From the IMG/VR virus record IMGVR_UViG_3300036398_002324: 64,000 nt of DNA; one strand, given 5' to 3'. Positions 39,801 through 47,848 of this stretch are shown here, in pieces (within the stretch, counting starts at the first letter, position 1; each line of letters opens with the position of its first letter). A program made the position numbers and the translations under genes. The notes below the pieces were generated by a model. It ran no database searches. It had not been told where the DNA came from and saw nothing but the letters and a program-made list of their open reading frames with translations. The stretch comes from a virus.

Positions 39801-41672
39801 AACTCTGCGTTTATTCACGCAAATTCTGCTTATCAATCTCAGAATGCAACAGGTGAATATGCCAACAGTGCATTTACAGTAGCCAATGGTGCATTCATAC
39901 ATGCAAATGCTGCGTTCACATTAGCTAATGGCGCATTCATACATGCAAATTCCGCATTTAATAAAGCAAACGGTGTAGTACAAACAGGGTTTACAACAAT
40001 ATCCGCAAATAGTGTCAGTATAACACCAGCAAGTAATACAGACACATTAACTATTACTGCTGGTAATAATATTATCATCAATACAAACTCTGGCACAAAA
40101 ACAATCACAATTGCATCTGTAACATATAGTAATACTGACGTAAAAATTTATTTGGAATCATTATCTAATATTGCTATTGGTTCCACAGCCAATAACCAAG
40201 GACAATACGCTACAGCAGTTGGCGCTGGCGCAGGTAGTGACAATCAAGGTACTTATGCCATTGCTATTGGCCAAGAAGCAGGGTTCAGTAACCAGGGAGC
40301 TTATGGTACTGCGTTAGGAGTCGGCGCAGCATATCAAGACCAAGGTAGCCAGGCAATTGCAGTTGGTTATAATGCAGGTCAACTTCTCCAAGGACAGTTT
40401 GCTACCGCAATTGGTTATAATGCGGGTCAACAAGTTCAAGGTGTAGGCACGGTGGCGATTGGATCCAGTGCGGGATCTGTAGGTCAAAGAGAGAGTGCCA
40501 TTGCTATTGGATCCGCAGCCGGTGAAACCACTCAAGGTAATACCGCAGTATCCATTGGCTACTATGCAGGCGCAGGTACACAGGGTGAAAACTCAGTAGC
40601 AATTGGTGGATTTGCAGGCGAAATGAATCAAGGTTACCAGGCAATTGCTATTGGCGCAGTGGCAGGCCAAACAAATCAAGGTAATAGTGCTATTGCTATC
40701 GGCGTGGGTGCCGGATATCTAAATCAAAATGATAACAGTATTATTATTTCCGCTAATGGACAATTAGATTCTACTACAACTGGGTTCTTTGTTGATCCAT
40801 TGAGAAACGTGAGTTCTGATGATGTATTATACTACAACTCAACAACTAAAGAAATAACATTTGGTGTAGATTTATCTGGAATACATGCTAATGCAGCATT
40901 TGATTATGCGAACTCAACATTTATTTTTGCAAATGCAGGGTTTATTGTAGCAAACTCTGGTTTCATTCAAGCCAATGCTGCATTTGATCACGCTAATTCA
41001 GGATTCATTCAAGCCAATGCTGCATTTGATCACGCTAATTCAGGATTCATTCAAGCCAATACTTCTTTTGCACTTACTAATGCTGCATTCAATCATGCAA
41101 ACTCAGGATTTACTCAAGCCAATGCTGCATTCGTTCATGCTAATTCAGGATTCATTCAAGCAAATGCAGCTTTTTCTGTGGCAAATAGTGCTGTTGTTTT
41201 TCCTAGTGGAACTGCTATGTTATTTGTTCAAACGACAGCACCAACTGGTTGGACAAAATCAACAACACATGATAATAAAGCATTACGAGTAGTTACTGGA
41301 ACTGCTAGTAGTGGAGGTACAACAAACTTTACTTCAGTGTTTACAAGTAGAACACCGGCTGGTACTGTTTCTGGTACTAACTCGGGTGGTGCTGTTTCCG
41401 ATTCGGGTCTAACAGAAGCACAATTAGCATCTCACGCACACACCGAACAATTAATGTCATCCGTTGCAACGATGACTACAACCGGTACACGTATTGGTGG
41501 TTCCGCTACTGGTACTACAAACAGAACTGCGACATCACCCACACTTGGAACAGGTTCGGGTTCGGTACACGGTCACGGTTTTACAAATCCATCATGGTCA
41601 GGTTCATTTACTGGAACAGCAATGGATTTTGCTGTTCAGTATGTTGATGTAATTATAGCAACGAAGGATTAA
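36810..41672 (+). CDS. Long tail fibre: Mtd-N-like N-terminus, ANxAF heptad stalks, YadA-like AIAIG repeats, collar-like C-terminus
   Basis: IQIKRS....PASL..GEPAYS....TLFIG; xQGxxAIAIGxxAG repeats; FPSGTAMLFVQTTAPTGWTK...ALRVV...VQYVDVIIATKD. Confidence 0.82.
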   Translation: MANTPIQIKRSLVTNTPASLNVGEPAYSYSSNTLFIGSPNGTGTIPIGGYDTYLRSINSLDRANSAFEAANSTLTGITASFIKANAAYDHANASYQSQNATGQYANSAFTVANGAFIHANSSFIKTNASFNHANSSYESQNATGQYANAALIHANSSFNFANTVNVFSYSAYHHANSGFIQANSAFIHVNSSFNFANGVSIAANTPSNVANSAAIYANGAFVAANIADSKAISAGAYANSAFAQSNVALIQANSAFVHANSSYESQNATGEYANAAFTVANGAFIHANSGFIHANAAYQSQNATGQYSNAAFVHANSAYQSQNATGQYANSAFIHANSAFIKTNSAFDHANSAFAQSNVALTQANASFDYANSTFIFANGVSIAANTPSHVANSASVYANSAFNSANISDSKAVSAGSYANSAFIHANSAFIFANGVSIAANTPSHVANSASVYANSAFVAANIAKQDSLSAGSYANSAFIRANSAFNFANGAAIAANTPSHVANSAAIYANGAFVRANTPSHVANSAAIYANGAFIAANISNSKAVSAGSYANSAFIHANSAFEHSNSGFIQANSAFIHANSAYQSQNATGQYANAAFVRANNSLNANLGGIITANVTINANLTTQNVFVGSYIDLNTAPSIPAINEGRLFYDNYEKSVAFYGDSGETIQIGQSFIRVWNNTGSTVNKGKVVRIGNDVSTNGFPSIILSSADTAQNAEAIGFTIAPIANNSYGYVLATGEIHDINTSLFNSGQELFLSTTPGDYQTTPPAPPNVPIAVGYILTSDVSSGSILVNIHLMEGKNKSNGAILFGRNGAIDQDPTKLYWDYVNDRLGIDTDSPQANLHVAGDGLFTGNLTITGNLVISNAQTITTDQLFVGGNNVILSANVTGEPSLNAAIIVNRGTSPNAYILWDETVNEWLAYEGTGAAGHILLANKTANSWAVYNTFEAYEKEFYPIGANLANSTNEQAKAGFATANIAENLAIASFKHANSGFIQSNSAFIHANSAYQSQNATGEYANSAFTVANGAFIHANAAFTLANGAFIHANSAFNKANGVVQTGFTTISANSVSITPASNTDTLTITAGNNIIINTNSGTKTITIASVTYSNTDVKIYLESLSNIAIGSTANNQGQYATAVGAGAGSDNQGTYAIAIGQEAGFSNQGAYGTALGVGAAYQDQGSQAIAVGYNAGQLLQGQFATAIGYNAGQQVQGVGTVAIGSSAGSVGQRESAIAIGSAAGETTQGNTAVSIGYYAGAGTQGENSVAIGGFAGEMNQGYQAIAIGAVAGQTNQGNSAIAIGVGAGYLNQNDNSIIISANGQLDSTTTGFFVDPLRNVSSDDVLYYNSTTKEITFGVDLSGIHANAAFDYANSTFIFANAGFIVANSGFIQANAAFDHANSGFIQANAAFDHANSGFIQANTSFALTNAAFNHANSGFTQANAAFVHANSGFIQANAAFSVANSAVVFPSGTAMLFVQTTAPTGWTKSTTHDNKALRVVTGTASSGGTTNFTSVFTSRTPAGTVSGTNSGGAVSDSGLTEAQLASHAHTEQLMSSVATMTTTGTRIGGSATGTTNRTATSPTLGTGSGSVHGHGFTNPSWSGSFTGTAMDFAVQYVDVIIATKD

Positions 41673-41673
41673 C

Positions 41674-42144
41674 ATGATTAACATAAACGATTATAATTTA
41701 ACTCTTGTAAAAGAAGATGGCGTGGTTTGTTTAAATGGTGACTGCATTGACGGATTCGATTTAAGTAATACAATGCCTTCTGATATTACTTTCGTTCACT
41801 GGTATGGCCCAAGAGGCTACGGTGAATTACAGCATTCAAAAGACGAAAATGAAGTTACTCCTCCAAATACCAGAATAACATCTGTTGATGAATATTTACC
41901 TCTGGTTGAAGAGTGGTTAGAAAAAGACGAAATACGTAAACAACCATATGTAAATACCGCTGAAGACAATAAAGAAATAGCTAGAGTAAAATTGTTCATG
42001 ACAGACTATGTTTATCTTCCTGATGTCAACATACTAAATAAATCAGATTTTGACGCTTATAGAACATTGATTCGTCAGATATTTTTTAATCCTGTTGGTG
42101 GTGAAATAGATTGGCCAGTGGTACCAGATCCACAGTGGGCTTGA
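41674..42144 (+). CDS. Tail fibre assembly chaperone-like protein
   Basis: Follows the fibre gene; C-terminal TDYVYLPDV...AYR..IR.......IDWPVVP pattern. Confidence 0.65.
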   Translation: MININDYNLTLVKEDGVVCLNGDCIDGFDLSNTMPSDITFVHWYGPRGYGELQHSKDENEVTPPNTRITSVDEYLPLVEEWLEKDEIRKQPYVNTAEDNKEIARVKLFMTDYVYLPDVNILNKSDFDAYRTLIRQIFFNPVGGEIDWPVVPDPQWA

Positions 42145-42157
42145 TAATGGAGATACT

Positions 42158-42463
42158 ATGCAAATTAAACCTGGTAATTTTTGTCCGTTAATTAAAAAAG
42201 ACTGTATTGGTATTCAGTGCAGTTGGTTCACTCAGATTAGAGGTACTAATCCAAATACTGGAGCTGAAATTGACGAATGGAATTGTGCAATAACTTGGTT
42301 TCCTGTTTTACTAGTAGAAAATAGTCAACAACAAAGACAAACAGGTGCTGCGATTGAGAGCTTTAGAAATGAGATGGTAAAGGCAAATGAAAATAGTCAA
42401 CAAGTTTTATTAGAAACAATAAATCAAACATCAAAGATAACTAACGAAAAATGGCAAAAATAA
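42158..42463 (+). CDS. Conserved Cys-rich hypothetical protein
   Basis: CPLIKKDCIGIQCSWF...NCA...LLVENSQQQRQTGAAIESFRNEMV; RBS GGAG. Confidence 0.7.
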   Translation: MQIKPGNFCPLIKKDCIGIQCSWFTQIRGTNPNTGAEIDEWNCAITWFPVLLVENSQQQRQTGAAIESFRNEMVKANENSQQVLLETINQTSKITNEKWQK

Positions 42464-43404
42464 GTACAAGACAACAATTTAAAGAATATTGCCTACGCAA
42501 GCTAGGTTTTCCGGTTATCGAAATTAATGTTGATGATGACCAAGTGGAAGACCGTATTGATGATGCAATATCTTTTTGGCGTGATTACCATTATGATGGA
42601 ACAGAAAAACTGTTCATGAAACATCAAATCACACAAGCAGACATTGAACGTCAATGGATTTATTGTCCTGATGCCGTTCAGTTTGTTATTGGAATATTTC
42701 CATTTGACCAATCAAATGCGTCAATCAATATGTTTGATTTGCGTTATCAGTTACGTTTACATGACTTATATGACTTTACATCAGTATCATATGTGTCATA
42801 TGAAATTACAATGCAACATTTACGTACATTAAATCTTTTATTCTCAGGAACTCCACAGTTTCGTTTCAATCGTCATCAAAACAAAGTATTCTTAGACATT
42901 GACTGGACACGTGACGTTGAGCCTGGAGATTATGTTATTGTGGAATGTTATCGTGTTTTAAGTCCAGATACTGTAACTCTAACTGGTACAGTTGCAGGTA
43001 GTCCATCATCAAATACAATCGTAGGAACAGGAACAAAATTTGACCAAGAAATTGTTCCATTTGATTTTATCAATATTGGGGGAGAATCTGTTCAAGTAAA
43101 GAACATCGCTTCACCAACAAGTTTAACTTTAGCTTCACCACCAACACAAACGCATACAGCTTCGACTGTGACAATTGATGGTTTAACAGATATTTACAAT
43201 GACCGTTTTCTAAAAAAATATGCTACTGCAAAAATCAAACAACAGTGGGGTAATAATTTGAAAAAGTTTGAAGGTATTCAAATGCCGGGTGGTGTGACAT
43301 TGAATGGTCAAAAAATATATGAAGAAGCTGAAGAAGAGCTTAAAACTATGGAAGAAGAAATGTACCAAATGGGTTCATTACCTTCTGAAATATTTATAGG
43401 ATAA
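42451..43404 (+). CDS. gp13: Neck protein
   Basis: YCLRKLGFPVIEINVDDDQVEDRIDDA, K.QWG.NL.KF.G.QMPGGVTLNG. Confidence 0.93.
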   Translation: MAKISTRQQFKEYCLRKLGFPVIEINVDDDQVEDRIDDAISFWRDYHYDGTEKLFMKHQITQADIERQWIYCPDAVQFVIGIFPFDQSNASINMFDLRYQLRLHDLYDFTSVSYVSYEITMQHLRTLNLLFSGTPQFRFNRHQNKVFLDIDWTRDVEPGDYVIVECYRVLSPDTVTLTGTVAGSPSSNTIVGTGTKFDQEIVPFDFINIGGESVQVKNIASPTSLTLASPPTQTHTASTVTIDGLTDIYNDRFLKKYATAKIKQQWGNNLKKFEGIQMPGGVTLNGQKIYEEAEEELKTMEEEMYQMGSLPSEIFIG

Positions 43405-43406
43405 TT

Positions 43407-44315
43407 GTGGCTACTAATTTTTATTTTAATCCTTTTCCATCTCGTTTAGGTAATGGTAATTCCGTTACTCCAGAACAGTTATTGGTGGAAGATTTGGTTA
43501 TTGAAGCACTTAAAATATACGGATTGGATGTATATTATTTACCAAGAACTACAAGAGATGAAGTAGATTACTTATTTGGCGAAGACGTTCTCAAAGAATA
43601 TCGTACAGCTTGCCCTATTGAAATGTATCTTGAAAATGTTACTGGAATGGAAGGTGAAGGTGATTTTATTTCCAAATTTGGTTTAGAGATTCGTGATGAG
43701 ATTACTTTTCTAGTTTCAAGATTGCGTTTCCGTTATGCTGTGAATGGATTGACTCGTCCACGTGAAGGTGATTTAATTTATATTCCAATGATGACTGGAC
43801 TGTATGAGATTACTTATGTTGAACATGAAAGTAATCAAGCAATGTATTATACTTTAGGTCGTGGTCGTGGCGGCAACGTATACGTATATGCATTAAAAAT
43901 GAAACAATATGTGTTTTCTTCGGAAATTATTGAAACTGGAGTTGCTGAGATTGATAACAATATAAGAGCATATTATCCAAGAACTCGTATATCTCTTGCT
44001 GCTGGCGGTACAGGTAAGTTTGTTAATGATGAAATAGTTTATCAGGGTTCCACTCTTGCTACATCAACAGCACAAGCACTTGTTCTTGATTTTGTTCCAA
44101 ATACACATATTGACATTTACAGAACACAAGGTAGTTTTGTGGACACTTCGGCTGTAAAAGGAAATACATCAGGAGCAAATTGGAGTATCACATTAGTTTC
44201 TGATACGGAAACACAAAATAATGCATTTGAAGATATCATTGATAATGCTCGTATTGAGGCAGCATCAGATGGTATTATTGATTTTTCAGAAACAAATCCT
44301 TTTGGTGAGCCATAA
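43407..44315 (+). CDS. gp14: Neck protein
   Basis: EQLLVEDLVIEALKIYGLDVYYLPR, SKFGLEIRDE, RPREGDLIY, DFSETNPFG. Confidence 0.93.
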   Translation: MATNFYFNPFPSRLGNGNSVTPEQLLVEDLVIEALKIYGLDVYYLPRTTRDEVDYLFGEDVLKEYRTACPIEMYLENVTGMEGEGDFISKFGLEIRDEITFLVSRLRFRYAVNGLTRPREGDLIYIPMMTGLYEITYVEHESNQAMYYTLGRGRGGNVYVYALKMKQYVFSSEIIETGVAEIDNNIRAYYPRTRISLAAGGTGKFVNDEIVYQGSTLATSTAQALVLDFVPNTHIDIYRTQGSFVDTSAVKGNTSGANWSITLVSDTETQNNAFEDIIDNARIEAASDGIIDFSETNPFGEP

Positions 44316-45316
44316 TGTTAGGTAACGCACAGTTTTATCATCGCACCATTCGAAAGATGGTCGTAACTTTTGGTACACTTTTTAACGACCTTGAAATTGT
44401 TCGTTATACTCAAGCAGGTACACCAAAAGAAAAACTAAAAGTACCACTTTCTTATGGTTCAAAAGAAAGATATCTAACACGAATAACATCTGACCCAAAT
44501 TTAATTAAGACAATCAACACTCTTGTTCCTCGAATGTCTTTTAATTTGGAAAATTTGGAATACGATACAAGTCGTAAACAAGTTTCAACATTACGTAACT
44601 TTGCAGGTGAAACAGACTCGACTGTAAAAACACAATTTGTTCCTGTTCCATATAATTATGAATTTTCTTTATCTGTGTATGTTCGTAATACTGAAGATGG
44701 TACTCAAATATTAGAACAGATATTACCATTCTTTACACCAGATTTTAGTGTTGTTGTGGATTTTATTCCATCGATGAATCAAAAATATACCGTTCCAATT
44801 ATATTAAATTCCGTATCATCTACAGTTGATTATGAGGGAGTTGATGCTGATGGAACAACTCGTTTAATTATTTGGGATTTAAACTTTACAGCAAAAGGCT
44901 TTATTTGGCCACCAGTCAAATCTGGCAATCTTATTACACGAGCTAATACTCAATTGTTTATTGATTTATCAAATACATCACAACAAAAAGCATATGTTGA
45001 TTTTGCAAATGGTTATGGAGTATTGACTCAAGGTGAAACTGTTCGAGATATTGCAAATAATTTTGTTGCTACGGTAGATTATTTTTCTAATACAACTACA
45101 GGTGAAATTATACTTACTGGTGCAAATAAAACTCTTCAGCCAAATTATGTGTTGACTGGAGATTATTCAAATTCCAGATATGCTGTTCAATCTCTTGACC
45201 AAAATGCTGTAAAAGCAGTTAAAGTTATTACCGAACCTGACCCATTAAATGCAGGACCAGAAGAAGATTTTGGTTTTACTGAAACTATTATAACATATCC
45301 GGATACATTATCATGA
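44315..45316 (+). CDS. gp15: Tail sheath stabilizer/terminator
   Basis: FYHRTIRK.V..FGTLFN, KVPLSYG.KE, PRMSF, QILEQILPFFTP. Confidence 0.93.
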   Translation: MLGNAQFYHRTIRKMVVTFGTLFNDLEIVRYTQAGTPKEKLKVPLSYGSKERYLTRITSDPNLIKTINTLVPRMSFNLENLEYDTSRKQVSTLRNFAGETDSTVKTQFVPVPYNYEFSLSVYVRNTEDGTQILEQILPFFTPDFSVVVDFIPSMNQKYTVPIILNSVSSTVDYEGVDADGTTRLIIWDLNFTAKGFIWPPVKSGNLITRANTQLFIDLSNTSQQKAYVDFANGYGVLTQGETVRDIANNFVATVDYFSNTTTGEIILTGANKTLQPNYVLTGDYSNSRYAVQSLDQNAVKAVKVITEPDPLNAGPEEDFGFTETIITYPDTLS

Positions 45317-45711
45317 AAAAATTAAATCAAAATTTATCCGAAATTTTTGATATAGAACCAATTGAAATAAAAGAACAACCAAAAAAAGAATTGACAACAG
45401 TGGATTTTGGTACAGATATCGATACTGACACCAACTTTGCTAGAGAAAATATTAAACAACTCATTGAAAAAGGTAGTAAATCTTTTGAAGAATTAACTAC
45501 TGTAGCAAATCAGTCTGAATCTCCAAGAGCTTATGAAGTTCTTGCTACTATGATGAAGAGTTTAGCAGACATGAATAAAGATTTATTAGAACTTCAAAAA
45601 CGTAAAAAAGAATTACAGCCAAAAGAATCAACACAAAATCTGAACATAGATAAAGCTGTGTTTGTTGGTTCAACAGCGGAACTTGTAAAAATGATTAAAT
45701 CCAACAAATAA
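45313..45711 (+). CDS. gp16: Terminase small subunit
   Basis: A..SESPRAYEVLA, AVFVGSTAEL. Confidence 0.9.
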   Translation: MKKLNQNLSEIFDIEPIEIKEQPKKELTTVDFGTDIDTDTNFARENIKQLIEKGSKSFEELTTVANQSESPRAYEVLATMMKSLADMNKDLLELQKRKKELQPKESTQNLNIDKAVFVGSTAELVKMIKSNK

Positions 45712-45722
45712 TTGAGGAAACA

Positions 45723-46157
45723 ATGGAACAATTAATAGAACAGATGAAAGTTATTCTTGGTACAAATTTTGGTTTGTACTTCAAAGCACACACATTCCAT
45801 TGGAATGTAGAAGGTCCTAATTTTGCAGAGTATCATGGATTTTTAGGAACATTCTATGATGCTGTATTTGACCAAACAGATTCAATTGCAGAACATATTC
45901 GTGCATTAGGTTCATACACTCCAACATCATTGGCAAGAATGATTGAGCTTTCCAAAGTCAACGACTTGGTGGCTATTCCATCACCACTTATTATGATGAG
46001 TGAACTTGCAAACGATAATGATAAATTTATTATGGAACTCCGTTCAGGAATTGCTCTTGCTGATGCTGCTGATGAGCCAGCAGTAGGAAACTTTTTACAA
46101 GATATTTTAGATGCTCATCAAAAACACGGATGGATGTTGAGAAGTTTTACACGATAA
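45723..46157 (+). CDS. dps: Dps family ferritin-like DNA protection protein
   Basis: Dps signature HTFHWNVEGPNF..YH...DSIAEHIRALG and H.K..WML. Confidence 0.88.
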   Translation: MEQLIEQMKVILGTNFGLYFKAHTFHWNVEGPNFAEYHGFLGTFYDAVFDQTDSIAEHIRALGSYTPTSLARMIELSKVNDLVAIPSPLIMMSELANDNDKFIMELRSGIALADAADEPAVGNFLQDILDAHQKHGWMLRSFTR

Positions 46158-46160
46158 AAA

Positions 46161-47792
46161 ATGGAAGACGGATACCTTGGTAATGCCCGGTTAAAAAAAG
46201 CCGGTGTTGAAATATCCTATACTGAAGAACAAGTTTTAGAAATAGCAAAATGTGCTGAAGACCCAGTATATTTTATTCGAAACTATGTAAAGATTGTCAA
46301 CGTTGACCGTGGTCTTGTGCCATTTGAAATGTGGGACTTTCAAGAAAACATGGTTCGCACATTTCATGACAATCGTTTCTGTATTGCAAAGATGCCACGC
46401 CAAGTTGGTAAAACAACTACGACTGTTGGTTACATGTTATGGTCGGCTTTGTTCAATGAAGAATATGTTATTGGTATTCTTGCAAACAAACTCCAACTTG
46501 CACAAGACATCCTAGGCAAAATTCAGAAAGCTTTTGAATATCTTCCATCATGGCTTCAACAAGGCATCATAAACTGGAATAAACGTTCAATTGAATTAGA
46601 AAACGGTTCTAAGATTTATGCATATGCTACATCTTCTGCGGGTGTTCGTGGCGGTACATATAATTTAATTTTTCTTGATGAGTTTGCGTTCGTTCCACAT
46701 AACATGGCAGTGGACTTTTTCACTTCTACTTATCCTGTTATTTCATCTGGTAAATCCTCAAAAGTAATTATTGTTTCTACGCCTAATGGCTTAAATCTGT
46801 TTTATAAAATGTGGACAGATGCGATTGAAAATCGGTCAACATATAAAACACTTGAAGTTCACTGGTCAATGGTACCAGGCCGAGATGAAAAGTGGAAAGA
46901 AGAAACGATAAGAAACACTTCGGAAGAACAGTTCCGACAAGAGTTTGAGACTGAGTTTATTGGTTCGGCTGCTACCCTAATATCTGGTGCCAAACTACGC
47001 TCAATGGCGTTCCATGACCCAATGCGTATTGAAGATGATGGTCATTTAGCCATATATGAAAATCCTAAACCAGGAAGAATCTACATTGCTACTGTAGACT
47101 GCTCGGAAGGTGTTAACCTAGACTATCACACAATCAATATTATTGATGCAACTGAAGCTCCCTACAAACAAGTTGCACTGTATCGTAATAATAAATTACC
47201 GTTAATGTTTTTACCTACGGTAATTTATGCATTGGCAAATCGGTATAATGAAGCTTATGTTTTGATTGAAACCAATAATGTCGGTCAGCAGGTGGTGGAC
47301 ATACTACATTATGATTTGGAGTACGGAAACATTTATAGACTTGAGCATCATCATATCAAAGGTCAAAGTATCTCATCTGGATTCAAACGTTCAGTGGCTT
47401 TTGGTATTAAAACCACCAAATCAGTCAAGAAAATTGGTTGTGCGAACTTAAAAACATTGATAGAAAATGACAAACTAATTATCAATGATTTTAACACCAT
47501 AGCTGAACTGAACACATTTGTTCGCACCAAAGATACTTATGCTGCCGAAGAGGGCAATAATGATGATATCGTTATGGGTTTGGTGGTATATTCTTGGTTG
47601 ACAGCGCAAGCGTTTTTCAAAGATGAGACACGAATTGACATTCGTAAAATTATGCTGGAAGAGCAAAACATGCTTGGAGAAGAAAACATGCTTCCATTTG
47701 GTTTTATTGAAGATGGATTGTCTAGAGAAGCTGAGATTGCTGATGGAGATTTATGGGAGCCTCCAGCTGGCTATTTATCATCAAATTTATAA
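46161..47792 (+). CDS. gp17: Terminase large subunit
   Basis: Walker A PRQVGKTT, Walker B IFLDEFAF, VSTPNG, nuclease motifs TVDCSEG and DDIVM. Confidence 0.96.
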   Translation: MEDGYLGNARLKKAGVEISYTEEQVLEIAKCAEDPVYFIRNYVKIVNVDRGLVPFEMWDFQENMVRTFHDNRFCIAKMPRQVGKTTTTVGYMLWSALFNEEYVIGILANKLQLAQDILGKIQKAFEYLPSWLQQGIINWNKRSIELENGSKIYAYATSSAGVRGGTYNLIFLDEFAFVPHNMAVDFFTSTYPVISSGKSSKVIIVSTPNGLNLFYKMWTDAIENRSTYKTLEVHWSMVPGRDEKWKEETIRNTSEEQFRQEFETEFIGSAATLISGAKLRSMAFHDPMRIEDDGHLAIYENPKPGRIYIATVDCSEGVNLDYHTINIIDATEAPYKQVALYRNNKLPLMFLPTVIYALANRYNEAYVLIETNNVGQQVVDILHYDLEYGNIYRLEHHHIKGQSISSGFKRSVAFGIKTTKSVKKIGCANLKTLIENDKLIINDFNTIAELNTFVRTKDTYAAEEGNNDDIVMGLVVYSWLTAQAFFKDETRIDIRKIMLEEQNMLGEENMLPFGFIEDGLSREAEIADGDLWEPPAGYLSSNL

Positions 47793-47796
47793 AAAA

Positions 47797-47803
47797 CTAA
47801 ATA
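47797..47803 (+). promoter_or_regulatory. Putative late promoter (CTAAATA) for gp18
   Basis: Intergenic, upstream of RBS AAGGAG. Confidence 0.55.
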
Positions 47804-47848
47804 CAATAACAAAAAGAAAATTGACCCAAACAATAAAGGAGAAATCCA

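Noticed and set aside
23663-41672. Diversity-generating retroelement (Mtd-like N-terminus plus near-identical repeats)
   Set aside because: There is no reverse transcriptase or non-coding template repeat in the window, and differences between repeats are not confined to adenines. The Mtd-N-like segment is a generic fibre attachment domain. An RT elsewhere in the genome cannot be excluded.
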